Assembly: GCF_009914755.1 (NCBI RefSeq)
Contig: NC_060926.1
DNA: 64,000 bases
Origin: the human T2T-CHM13v2.0 reference genome, Homo sapiens
Reading direction: 5' to 3' (one strand)
Shown here: piece by piece, positions 26,130-42,039 of the stretch
Position numbering within the stretch: position 1 is the first letter of the stretch
Layout: each line of letters starts with the position of its first letter
The notes under the pieces: model-generated
The model's input: only the letters and a program-made list of their open reading frames with translations
Database searches by the model: none
Told to the model about the DNA's origin: nothing
Program-made: the position numbers and the translations under genes

Positions 26130-26845
26130 TCCCTTTTCTCATCTTACCTCCAGAGACAACTGTTTTCATGTGTTTAAATAATATCATTTTTTGTGAAGTC
26201 TTATTACAAAATTATGCCCTTATTTTATGAGCAAACATTTTTATTTTCCTAAATAGCATTGTCTTTTTTATCTCTCATTCTCTTTCTCACTCTTTTCAGC
26301 TATTGCTATGCTTTCAGTATCCTTCCATGTTATTATGTGGACATCTAGTCTGTGGCTTCCAATGTGGTAGTACACCATGGCTTGTACTCCTTCTTCCCAT
26401 ATTTTCTCTGTCCAATCCCCAAGAGATGAGTACCCAGATTACCTCCAATGTCATGCCATCATTACAAATAGTGTTGCAATGGATGTCCTCATTCATGGCC
26501 CTTTATGAATGAATCTGTGTGAAGGTTTCTTTGGGATATGTGCATAACCGGAACTGGAATTGATGATGCACAGGTTACATATAAACCTAGTTTGACTAGG
26601 ATGTGCCAAATTACTCACAGTAAGGCTACACTACTTTTCATTCCCACCTGCCATGCGTAAAGGATCCTGTATCCCACGTCTGAACCAACACTCACTATTT
26701 CGTCCAGTTTTAAAATATTTCTCCATTATTTGGTTTGAAGTAATGTTTAATATTTTGATTTACATTTTCCCTGATAATTGATGAGTTTGAGCATCTCTTC
26801 ATATACTTTTGACTTCCCTGTTCCACAAACTGCCTGCTTATATCT
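26130..26845 (-). mobile_element. L1MD/L1ME 3' fragment
   Basis: gttacatata...tttgactag..tgccaaatt...tgatgagtttgagcatctcttcata. Confidence 0.7.
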
Positions 26846-27499
26846 TTTATATATTCTTTAGGATCAGAGACCACTTATCATTTCTTCTGCATTCTCCTCT
26901 CCTCCCAGAACACTGCTGGATATTAACTGTTGATTGATGAGAAGGTCAATGTGAGCTTCTCTATTTTGAGGCCTACATTTTCCTCTACACACCCTGAGGT
27001 GTTTGCCTGCATTCATTTTAAATACATTTATCAAACGACTACCCACGTGCCAAGACTTCCTGTGTGACTCTTCCTTCTGGCAAAGCCCAAATTACCTATC
27101 AGTCACTTTATCAATTGAACAGAAGAATGAAACTGGTCAAACTCATCATCTGGCATCAAACAGACTCTAGTATTTTAAATGCCCTTTTATAGTCTCTAAC
27201 ATTCTATGATCTGATTCTATCTTATTGACTAATTGATTTTTTCTTTTGTTGTTTTTAACTGCCGCATGCCTAAAGCAAGGCAAGAAGTAGGGAATATTGG
27301 CACATCGAGAGGAGGCTCAACAGCCCTTTGTTAAGTTTCTCTGTTTGTGAAGAGCAAACTCACATTATAGTGAATGATAATTGCTGATAAATATCACGGA
27401 TTTAATGGTCAAAAAGTAAACTCCTCTCCTCATTGTACCCCATAAGGGTCACCAGTTTCAGTGTGACAGCATTTATCTACATTTCCAGAGAGAAAAAGG

Positions 27500-28079
<580 letters not shown>

Positions 28080-29204
28080 AGGAAAAACATTTATTGAACA
28101 CCTACTTGCCATATACTATGTCAGATGCTGGGAATGCATGGATGAATAAGACACAATTTAAGTACAAAATAGTGTGCAACATGTACAGAGAAGGGGCATT
28201 GTATTCTAAAGGAGATGAGCTTTAAATCAAGAGACGACGCCATTTGTAGCAGTCTTCTTTTTCTTATTTGAGAGATTCCTTCTGCCCTTGAATTCCAGAT
28301 GTGACTTGTACTTTAATTGCAAGAAATAGGCTATCTCTGTGTACCTATGGATAGGGAAGTGTATGCTGCCTGACTGTGTCTGCCCCACTCTAGCCTGGGG
28401 TTGGTATAGGGAGGTTGAAGGTTATTTGCCCACCACCCATAAGGCTTGGTCATGATGGCTGGGCCATCTATGCAGCCATCCAGACTGCAGTGCAAACTAA
28501 CAAGTTAGCCTCCCAATATTAGGCACTCAACTCCTTTGGTGTATGACCCAATAACTGAGAAAATCTGAGTCAGCCCAGGAGTGATCTTTCCTGGCTTCAC
28601 TCCAAATACATGTCAATTTTCAATTCCTTGGTCAAGTCAAAGGAACCTGGGTCAAATTCTGCCCTGGGTTGGAGTTTGAGGGAGTCTTAGACATGTACGT
28701 TTGCCGTAAAGTCCAGTTATGCATCTCTTAGAAAACATACCAGTCAGAGTCCTGCCAGGGCCTTATCTCACTTCATGTCAGACTCAGTGAGAAGGTTTAA
28801 ACAGTGACTTCTAAAATGGCCCGCAGGCATGGGGCAGAGTCGGGAAGTATGCTGGATTTCACATTACATAGTCCGTAGAGAAAAAAATACCCATTTCTTT
28901 GTTCTCATTTTTCAATGTACTCCTTATAAAAAAGTTTTCTTTGTGAAGAATCAATTAATAGTTGGTATTTGATCAAGTGAAGCAAATCTGGGTTCTCTTG
29001 AGCAAATCCCTAAAGGGATTTCCTTCATTTTCATATCTATGGACTTTGGATAGTGGAGCCTGATGTGCAACAATTTTCAATAAGATTTTTTCATCTATAT
29101 TCCACAGAGCAGAGTTCTTTTATCTTTATTTTCTCCATACAACTCCTGACTTGTCATTTTTAAATAAAAATTACTGGACTAATTTCCTTGTATGTAATTG
29201 TTAA

Positions 29205-29547
<343 letters not shown>

Positions 29548-29681
29548 GAGTTTCTTATATATGTATATTTTTGGTTGGATTTTGTGAGCTTTTCCATCAT
29601 AGACCAAAAGAGCCAGTAACAGGCCAACTGGTGAATGCTACCACTAACAATAATTGGGTGATGTGAGGACAACCAAAAGAG

Positions 29682-29918
29682 CAGGGGTCACATGTATACG
29701 TTTTTGGTAAATGGCCAGATAGTGCATATTTTAGGCTTTATGGATCATATGTTCTCTGTGGTAATTAGAACCACAAAGGCAGGTAAACTCTACCTTTGTA
29801 GTGTCAGTACAGCAACAGACAATACACACATGGGCATGGCTGTGTTCCAATAAAACTTTATTAACAAAAACAGGTAATAGGCCAGATTGAGCCTGTGGAC
29901 CTGAGTTTGCTGACCCTT
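29682..29918 (+). mobile_element. MER58A
   Basis: caggggtc...ggccagatagt...ggctgtgttccaataaaactttatt...gtttgctgaccc. Confidence 0.9.
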
Positions 29919-30469
29919 AATCTAGAGAAAATGATAGAAAGAAATAGATTTGCTGTGAAAAATATCTAGCCTGCCCCATTTGCCTTTGAAACCCTCATTT
30001 TCAGTTGTCTCTTAGCACATAGCACCTGTTGTTCAGTTTTGTTTCTTGAGCTTTAGGTTTATAGGTAAAATGAGGGGTTAATGTCAGTATTCACAGAGTT
30101 TCCAATGACCAGACACCTGCCCTCTCATTAAAAAATTAATCTTATTGTGTATATTTAATGTATATAACATGATATTATAGGATATACATATATAGACAGT
30201 GAAATGGTTACTATAGTTAGGAAATTAGAATATCCATCATCTTACATAGTTATCCATTTTTGTTTTTGATTTTCTGTGACAAGAGCAGCTAAAATTTACT
30301 CATTCAGCAGGAACCCCAAATACAGTACAATTTTATTACCTACAATACTCATGTTGTACATTAAATCCCTAGTCTTACTGATCCTACGTGTTTGCTATTT
30401 TGTATCCTCTGACCATCATCTCCCACTTCTTCTTCCCTTCCACCCCTTAACCACTTTTTAAAATATTTT

Positions 30470-30720
<251 letters not shown>

Positions 30721-31214
30721 TGAGATTATGCAATGTTTTTTTTCTGTGTCTGGCTTATTTCACTTAGCATAACATCCTCCAGATTCATCCATGTTGTGGC
30801 AACTGACAGAATCTCCTTTTAAAGACCAAATAATATTCCGTTGCATATATATCACATTTGCTTTGTCCATTCATCTGTTGATGGACACTTCAGTTTTTTC
30901 CATATCTTGGTTATTGTGAATCATGGTGCAATGAACATGGGAGTGCAGATATCTTTATGAGGTGGTGATTTCATTTCCTTCACATCTGTACCTGGTAGTG
31001 GTATTGCTGGATCATAGGGTAGTTCTATTTTTAATTTCTTTAGTAATCTCCATACTGTTTTCCATTATGGCTGCACCAATATACAATCTCATCAACAATG
31101 TACAGAGGTTCCATTTTCTGTACATCTTTGCCAATATTTGTTATTTATTAACTTTTTTATCATAAGCATCCTAACGGGTGTGAGGTGATATTTCATAGTG
31201 GTTTTAATTTGCAT

Positions 31215-31533
31215 TTTTCTTTTCTTTTTTTTTTTTTTTGAGATGGAGTCTTGCTCTGTTGCCCAGGCTGGAGTGCAGTGGTGCAATCTCGGCTCACCAT
31301 AAGCTCTGCCTCCTGGTTTCAAGTTATTCTCCTGCCTCAGGAAAATAACTCCTGCCTCCCGAGTAGCTGGGATTACAGGCGTGCAACACCATGCCCAGCT
31401 AATTTTTGTATTTTTAGTAGAGATGGGTTTTCACCACGTTGGCCAGGCTGGTCTCGAACTCCTGACCTCAGGTGATCTGCCTGCCTCAGCCTCCCAAAGT
31501 GCTGGGATTACAGGTATGAGCCACCACACCAGG
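31215..31533 (-). mobile_element. AluSx/Sz with a small internal templated insertion
   Basis: Full Alu; extra gaaaataactcct at ~31341-31353. Confidence 0.93.
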
Positions 31534-33544
31534 ACTGATTTGCATTTTTTTGGCACCTTTTCACATACCTGTTGGCCATTTTTATGTCTTCTTTGGGGAA
31601 ATGTTCTATTCAGGTCCTTTGCCCATTTTAAAAATCAGGTTATTTGTTTCTCTACTATCGAGTTGTATTAGTTCTTTATAAAATTTTAATATTAACCCCT
31701 TATGAGATATATGGATTATAGAAATATTTGTCCTATATTCGTAGGCTGTTGTTTCCTTTTGTTGATTGTTTCCTTTTGCTAAAAAGCAGACTTTTTTAGT
31801 TCAATGTAGTTCCATTTATTTGTTTTCGCATTTGTCACCTGAGCCTTTGGTGTGATGCACTCTCATTTTTAAGGTGAAGTGTCTTTTCCTTATCTTAGCT
31901 GGGCCACGATAATGGGCTGAAACAGAGAAGGGTCTGGAATGGAAACCAGGCACTTCATGGAGCATCTGTGTCTCCCAGGGGAGTTGAGGTTTGGTGCTTG
32001 GGAGGAAAGAAGGGCCATACTTCTGGGAGTAAGCTAGGAGTTTTATTCTCTAGCCACTCAGAAATGAACAAGAGATCAGTTTCCCTAAATTCCCCTGGGT
32101 GCAAGGTTGGTTCTGGTTTTGAAGAGTCATGGCACCCAGGAAAAGAGTCCCAGATTTAAGCTGGTGATTTGTATGTTGTTGTGTCAGTCCTAGTGCTCTC
32201 TTTGCAGCTGTTGGCAGATGTAAACAGTCCATTGCCATATGGACTCCTTATACCATTTCAGCATTTGCCAAGGCAACAATTTCATTGTCTGCGTGTGATT
32301 TCAGAGGAAAGCGAATAAGACTTAAAAGAAAGGCAAGAAACTGTAGCCCAGGTATCCTTCACCTGGAAGAGGGCCAGCGGATACGTTAATGAATAGGGTA
32401 GATTGTGGCAGCCAAGACCGAATTCTAAGACTGTGGATAATTTTCTTTCTGCCTAGGGTAGATCTGTAATCTCGTTCTTTTCTGTATCATTTTTTCACAA
32501 GTCTGAGCAAACATAAGCTAACATTGAGCTTCTGGTTCTAGTCATGGATAGGTTTCTGAGTGTGCAGCATCTGTTGGATGGATAAGTTGTTTGTGCCCAA
32601 CGTGTTCATAGAGGGGTGATCCAACACTGGTGTCAGGGCCATCAATTAGACAGTGGGAGAGAGGAAGTGAAGAGGCAGCGATGAGGGTGGTAATTACACA
32701 CTACAGTACAGTTGACCCCCAAGAGCAGGTGGCGGGAGCAAGTGAAATTCTGGGCTCTGTCACTCAGGATTCATTTTCGCTGTTGTGTTTAGGCCTGAGG
32801 GGATGCTCATTGATCTGGAAGAGACTGTCTACACTGTTTTATTAATATTAATACTAAGGATAACAAGAAAATAATGTATTTACTGTAGAAGGGTATTTTC
32901 CTTTCCTTTTAGTTGCTTTAAAGTCACTGTTATCATTAAAACCCATCCCTCTATTTTTAGTGATGTACCTGAGTCATATTCTTTCTCTCTGTAAAGTGTA
33001 TATACACACATATATCCATATATATGTGCAACAGTGAGAAGATCAAGGTCTAGATCTCTAGTATGAGTCCAATCTTTACTGCTTCCAGAGAACTGACCCT
33101 TGGTTAAGCCCTTTGCAGCTCTAATATTCCCATTCTTCAAAATTACCTTCCACAGAGGTACCATTATTGCTGTTTCACAGCTTTGGAGATAAAGGCCCAG
33201 AAAAACGAAATGACACCCAAGACCTAGAAGCAGATTTCTACAGCCTTCCCAGTTCTGCTGGCAGTTTTCAGCTTCATTCTGAGCTGTGGTTCACTTCTGT
33301 CCCCTTTGTCTCTGGAATCTGTCTTTCCCAGTGACTCAGCTTTGCTTTTGGTCCTCAGCAGAGTGAGAAGACCTCGGAGTTGTGCTGGGTTCCTCAGTTC
33401 AGCCCGGAGTGGGGCGGAGACGAGTGGGGAGCAGATAGCAGCACAAAGGGCCCAATCAGACATTTCTTACCATGATAGATCCTGATGTGCAGTTGATGCC
33501 CAGGACAGACAGAGGTCTTGGGAGAAGCTGAGGTTGCTTTCTAA

Positions 33545-34071
<527 letters not shown>

Positions 34072-34239
34072 TGCCTTATAATTTCACTGAGGTTATAAAA
34101 CAACATTGCTGAACTTTAAATCCTAGCATTCATGACCCCGAGCATTTTCTTCTTCCTTTTTTGTCATTCTCTTCTTTGAAGACCAAGTCACCTGTTCCTT
34201 CAGCTTGAGATGTTTCAGGTGATAAGAAAAGACAAAATA

Positions 34240-36350
34240 TCAGAAACGCCAAAGCTGTCATCCTCTATCCCTTCATGCAGGCAACTTGTATTTCTTATTA
34301 CTGGTGTGGAGAAAAGTAACTACTCCTTTTTTCAACATGCTGTGGAGGCCTTTGTCTGTGCCAACATCACAAGATCAGACTTCTTAATGAGCAAGAGTCA
34401 AAAAAGAAAAAAAAAAAAGTAAATTGACTTTTTACAGGGAAACAGGCCATTCCTCAAAAGCCATTAAAGATTCTGTCATCCAAAATATCCCTATCCTATT
34501 GACCTTATTTACAGATTTCATGAAAAATACATCATAGTAACATTGATGTATGGACCCTGTACCATTCAATTTCTTGAAAGCATCTGTACCTGATGGGGAT
34601 GCTGGTCAGGCATTCATAAACATGGGGGCAATATAAATAAGACGATGCCCTGTGGAATATAATGCACACAGATGCTTTTTGAAAAGCTCAGATCCTTTGG
34701 AAATAGGGCAATTTGGCACTCTAACTTGGCTCTGAATGAAATAATGTTTTGGGTGGGGGAGGCAGGTAATGAAAGCGACAATTGTGAAGTGTTACTGGCA
34801 GTTTTCTTATTTTTACTGCAAGCTGGGAGTACATTTGTCTTCATTGTCAAAATGCCTGTGTTGTTTACAAGGAAGACAAGGAAGCAGGAAAGCTTATTCA
34901 GTTCTCTTGGCTGAGGAAACACCATTTCCTCATCACGAACCCAAAATCACATCTTGCGCAGGAATTAGGCGGCACTCGTTGCTTTAGATTTGGACACATT
35001 TGGAAGGTTACTTTAGTACTTTCCCCACCTGGTTGGCAAGGTGGAAGTACCTGGTGAGAGCCCACTTGAGTGTGATGTCATCACATACCCAGCCATGTTC
35101 CCAGCATGAGGGTTCAGTTGGCTGGATCTTGAGAATTGCTGTGGGGTCCTGCCTTTGACAGTTTGGAAAACATTTATCAATTTTTCTCTTCCTTCAGGGG
35201 AAACAAATAGTGGTTGCGGGAATCATGGAGGCTAAGTGACAGTTGTTTAACTCCTCTACTGTGAACAGTAATGCAGATAGAAAAGCATGATTCTGTATCC
35301 AGGCCTTCGTCTATCCATTAATCAATCTTGATTGGCAGGGCAAAGCACAAAACCGGGAGGTACGGTGCTAACAGAGTGCCTCTCACATGTATTGGATGAG
35401 GAACCAGATGGAACTTGTAATCTTTCTTTGTGCTTCAGAGAAAAACCAGCCCAGCCCTTTCAATTGGAGGTGTTTATTGGGGGAATGCAGCTGGAAGGAA
35501 AATGCACACACACACAAACAAATCTAAATCTAAAATGCAAGGGACTTCAGAGGTGGAGACGACAGAAATCCCAGCTCGGAGCTTGCAAATCCTCAGCAAC
35601 CAAAGAGCAACCTTCTGTGCATCTCGTCCTCATTTATGAACAATCAACAAAGCAACTGCAGGTGATCTTGGCTGATGCCGCAGAGGCCTCTCAGATGGCC
35701 GGGCCCCTGAAAACTTATTCACCACCTCATTAAAGCAATTTCAAAATCAATTCCGGATTTGACAAGCCGTCAGTACATTGTTGCTTCTCCGTGATAGGAG
35801 TGACATGTTAACAGCAATTAGACTTTTGCACACACACGTCGGAGCCTGTTCAGCATATTCTTTATTAGAAAAGCCTAAAAAGCGTTATTATAATCATCTA
35901 ACCTGGGGTCATGGACACATGCTCTATGATCTCTGCCTCTGTTGGCAGTTGCCTCAGTGAAATTTTGCCTATTGTCTATAGAGATTAAAAGGAAGTGCTT
36001 ACCCCAGATGCGATATTGAAAAATCAAAGGTCAGAGCAAAGCTTGTGGTGACCTCCATGTTTTTTAATACAAGTGATAGGAGCAATCAGATTAGCATGAA
36101 CAAATATTACTCCTTCTGACAGATGGAGCAGGATTCTTATGCAAATGAGGGAGGACAGGCTAAGATAATTTGGTGGCAATATTCTGGGAGCAGGAGTGGA
36201 TGGCAAAGACTGGACTCCAGTTAAGCAGAGGTATATCAGTCATTCATCTCATAGAAAACCACTTCCTTCTCTCGTACAATCAGTTTCTCCTGTTTGGAAT
36301 GGTCTCCTTTGTAGCCAGCTCTATTGGGCAGTGGAGGTCTTCAGAGGGAG
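34240..36350. promoter_or_regulatory. Repeat-free candidate developmental enhancer (TALE/HOX motifs)
   Basis: PBX-HOX CCATTAATCA 35315-24 (rc TGATTAATGG), TGATTGGCAG 35329-38, TGACAG/CTGTCA at ~34255, ~34473, 35156, 35237. Confidence 0.4.
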
Positions 36351-36400
36351 CTGACTTCTCTGTTTCACAAGCCCTGCAGAATCTACTGAAAAAGTATAGA

Positions 36401-36712
<312 letters not shown>

Positions 36713-37107
36713 GAAAAAGCGTAGAATAATCTGATTTTCCCAAGACTCAACCAGCCAAATGAGATAAAATAAGTCTCAAATCTTACTGGATCCCATTTAT
36801 GTCTGGGGGGTCCTCTTAAAAAGTCTCCCTGTGCCCGCAAACAGTTCCTTTCTGGTCTTCTCTTCTGATTGCTGCTTTGACGGCTACTGTTTGAGGATGG
36901 TTTTATGCACAGTGTCCAATATGAGGAAAGCTTGTATCTTACAATAACCTTTCAAATAAGGACTTTTATTATTCTCACTTTGAAAATGGGGAAACAGAGG
37001 AATGGAAAGGTTCAGTCAGTTATCCGGGATCTCCTAGCTAGAAGGTAGGATGCAAACGCAGGTAGTCTGGTTCAGATTTTCAATGGCAAACCATCACCCT
37101 ATGCTGT

Positions 37108-37425
37108 CTTTTTTTTGTTGTTATTTTGTTTGTTTGTTTGTTTTTTGAGATGGAGTCTCCCTCTGTCACCCAGGCTGGAGTGCAGTGGCGCAATCTCGGC
37201 TCATGTAACCTCCACCTCCTGGGTTTGAGCGATTCTCCTGCCTCAGCCTCCTGAGTAGCTGGGATTACAGGTGCGTGCCACCATGTCCGGCTAATTTTTG
37301 TATTTTTAGTAGAGACGGGGTTTCACCATGTTGGTCAGGCTGGTCTCAAACTCCTGACCTTGTGATCTACCTGCCTCAGCCTCCCAAAGTGCTGGGATTA
37401 CAGGTGTGAGCCACCGTGCCTGGCC
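37108..37425 (-). mobile_element. AluS (Sg-like), flanked by MIR (~36890-37100) and L2 (~37600-37890) remnants
   Basis: Full Alu; TSD-like tgctgtct/tgccgtct. Confidence 0.92.
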
Positions 37426-38752
37426 TGCCGTCTCTTTAATAAAAGCTGATCTCAACCCAGCGGGGCTGCCTCCCCAAGCTCTTAAGTTTGTAATGGCTTC
37501 AACCTTCCAAGTAAGTGTTTGCTAACTCACTGATTAACTTGACTAACTGAAAGAATGAATACTGATTGACTTTAGGATGGCCAAATTCAAGCAAAGCTAT
37601 ATAATATTTCAAATTCCCAGGCATATGGGTTTGCCTACACCGATCAGCTTATTTAAAAGTACAAACAACGCTCAACCCTGCAGTCAATTGCTCTTCTCTG
37701 CTTTATGTTTCTCTATAACTCTTGTAACCACTGATACATGATGTATTTTATTTGTCTAACTCTCCTACTAGAATATAACTTTCATGAGGGCAAGAATTTT
37801 TCAATATTTTGTTCACTGCTGTATCCTCAGTGTTAGAACAGTACCTGCCACAAACTGTGGTCTTGATAATTATTGAATAAATGAAAGAATTATTAGGTAT
37901 TTCAGGCATAAATGGGATAAGAAATGTACTCTATCTTTGGTTCAGAAATATATCCTTAGACCTATGTGCATTAATGATAAGAAATATAGCATTAAAAAGC
38001 TGGAAGGAACTTAAATGCTCATCTTGTGCTCTTTGTCATTTTCAGAATAAGTCACTTGCTTTTGGTAACACCAAGCTGGTGGCAGAACTACAATGAAAAC
38101 CCTTTAACTGGAGTCTTCCCAACCCGTAGCCCACCTATGTAGTGTGAACAGATCTAGGGATTTCTTTTTCCACTTAGCTTTTTGTTAAACGCTGTCTTAG
38201 AAAACCCCCAATTGGCCTGATGTTGCCCCCTGCCCCCAGTTTAGGCTGCTTCCCGATTGGCTGACTCTCGGGACTTTAGAGGGTCTCTGTGGTTTTGTTG
38301 GATCAGGGGGTTGCTAGCTGTTGCTTTTGAAGCAGTCCTGTTCATTGCTGATTTCCTTTAGGCATTTGTTTTTGAAGCCAAGGCTTCAAAGGCAAGCAAC
38401 ATTTGAAATTCCTCAGCTATTCATCCAGCTGGAGAAGCTAGATGCAAACCCTCAAGAAGCCATTTGTTACTTTCATTGGGTTCAGAATAGATAAGCTAGA
38501 AGCCACCATTTGGGAGGATGGGCTGACACCCTGCTTTGAGGAGTGGTGTTTCTGCAGAGGGTTGCTCAGGGTTAATATTTTGATTTGCAGTTTCCCAGAG
38601 AGGGGCTGTAGTAAAATAGAGCGTGGAAATTGCCATGTGTGTTTGTATGTGTGTGTATGTGTGCTATTTTGTTCTTTTTTTTTTTTTTTTGATGGTGGGT
38701 AGGCAGAAGGTTTGAGAAGAAATGTTAACATTTCCAATAAGAATTAATAGAG

Positions 38753-39631
<879 letters not shown>

Positions 39632-40074
39632 TGATAGAGCTGTCAATACTCAGCCTGAATAAGGTCACAGAGAGCTGTGCCTTTCAGAACAAGAAGAATC
39701 CTTGAAAGATGACCTGGCCTTGTTTACCAAGGCAGACTAAGTGTTATCCCTTTTTACAGATGGGACAACTGAGACTCCTATCACAGACTTTACAGATGCT
39801 ATACAGCTATTGAGGGAGGAGTTAGGGAGCAGAGTGGGGGTGAGACAGGACCCAGGTCTTATTCCTTCTGATGCAGACAGAGCTTCACTCACTAACCTAC
39901 GCTGTCAGAGAAATGAGTGGTCCCTATTAAGAAAACAAAAACAACAAACAGACAAACCTATCTCCTTCCTTTTCTGTTTTCCTTTATTAAATTTATCTTC
40001 AGCGATTTTGCTGATGAAGGTTCTGAAAGTGCTGGAAAAACCCTTTATTCGCTCAGCTTCTTAGCATTTAAAAC

Positions 40075-40486
40075 TTTGGGCTGAGGTTGGTGCTGTCAAT
40101 AATGCTGGCGGCAATCCTCTCAAGGCTTGACTTGGGGAGCATCTGCTTCCAAGCCCCCTGGAGTGACTGTTGGCAAATCTCAGGCTTTTGCTGGCTGTTC
40201 ACCAGAGAGCTCAGTTCCCTGCCACGTGGGCCTCTGCACAGGGCCGCTCACAACATGGCAGGTGGCTCTCCTCAGAGTGAGCAAGTGTGTGTGAGTCAGA
40301 CTGCACAAGGTGAAAACCACGATCTTCTCGCAACCTAACCTCAGTAGACATAGCCTATCACTTTTGCTGTATTCAAATTTTAAATTCACCAGGTCTAGTG
40401 CACACTAAAGGGGAGGAGACTACACAAGGGCATAAATACCAGGAGGTGGGGATCCTTGGGGACCATCTTAACGGCTGCCTACCACA
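40075..40486 (-). mobile_element. MLT1F-like LTR, partial
   Basis: tcagttccctgccacgtgggcctct...ccatcttaacggctgcctaccaca. Confidence 0.8.
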
Positions 40487-40589
40487 GCCCCTAAATCCAA
40501 CATCTGACCCTCTCACTCCTCCAGTGAATCCACATCATCTCACAGTGCCTTCCAAGTGTAAATAGCTTGTGCCCTCTCTCTACAGGCAC

Positions 40590-41060
40590 AAGCTAGTGTA
40601 GCGGTTAAGAGCATGGACTCTGAAGCCTGTCTTCCTGGGTTTGAATCCCTGTTCTACCACCTGTTAGCTGTTGGCCTCAGGCAAGTTATTTAACCTCTCT
40701 GTGCCTCAGTTTCCTACCCACGAAATGGGGATGATAATTGTTGCTCTTTGATGGAGGCTGTTGTGAAGATTGACATAATACACACCACAGAGTGCTTAAA
40801 ACAATGACTGGCATGGATTAAGCACCATATAGATACTTACAGTCATTATTACTATGTACCAGAGGCATTATATAAATGGTCTTATTGCTAACAATGTTCA
40901 TACAAAGTAGGTATTTTCATACCGTCTGACAGGTGAAAAACTAAGGCTTAGACAGTGTAAGCATCTTGCCCAAGGTAGCACCACTTGTAAGTAATATGAT
41001 GGTTATTCTTTCCTAGGTTTGCATGTCCCAAAGCTGGCCTTCTTCCATTCACTACATCTT
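40590..41060. mobile_element. Two MIRs in opposite orientation
   Basis: gtgtagcggttaagagcatggactctg...tgcctcagtttcc (+); aaactaaggcttaga...cttgcccaagg (-). Confidence 0.8.
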
Positions 41061-42039
41061 TAAGAAATGCACCATGGAAAGAAAATGGTCATGTGAGAGT
41101 TCAGGGAGAACAAGATAAGGATATATGTAACATACTGCTGATGTAATTATGAATTAAAAAGGAGACACTTCTTGAGCATTCCTGTATATACCAATGAGAG
41201 ATTTTCTAGGACTAAATTTTTACTTAGAAAATAAATGACTGGTAGCCAGGCAGACTACAAAATAACCAGTACTTAGGCTATAATTGTTTACCATGTGATT
41301 TTCCCATGCTTTTCTATGGTATTTACCTTGCAATTAAATGATCAATAGTTATCCTATAAGTAATAAGTATACCCATGAAATTTGTGACCTGGAAAATCAA
41401 CCATTACAAGAGTGGAAGTGTTAAACCGCCTGGAAATGATCAGAGACATCAAATCCACACCACTGGGCAGGTAAGGCTGCTTCCTCCCTTTGACACATCC
41501 ATCTAGGCACTAAATTCAGGGATAGCTGAATAAATTCCCAGGCTGTGACTTGGCACCATCTGCAGGTCTTCCCACGTGGGAGCTGGAGCTGCCTGTGGCA
41601 GTGTCTCCTTCCAGGCTGGGAGGGAGGTGCAGCTCTCTAGGTTCCATTCCATGAAATTCCATAATGCATTTCCAGGGTGAGTGACTAGGTGTGTCCAGTT
41701 GTGTTCCAGTGGCAGGTTGCATTGGCTGCTCTTGTGGTGCATGTTTCCTTGTGATCTCCTTGCAGAGAGAGAAACTTCAGAGAAGGCCAGTGTCTGCTGA
41801 TAGGCCTTGGGGAATTGGGGAGTGCCCACTCCTTCTAACATGAGTGCAGGCAGACCGTGCTGGGGAGAACGCAGCCATTGCCGGTCTCCATATCCTCTCC
41901 AAAAAGAGAGAACTGATTCCATAATTGCTTATTCTGGGGCATGATCTGTTCCTCTTCTTTAAGAACTTGCATTTTTATTGGGGATTCATGATGGATTCAC
42001 ATGATCCAGTAAAGATTTTGTAGGGCAGTGGGACTCTGT

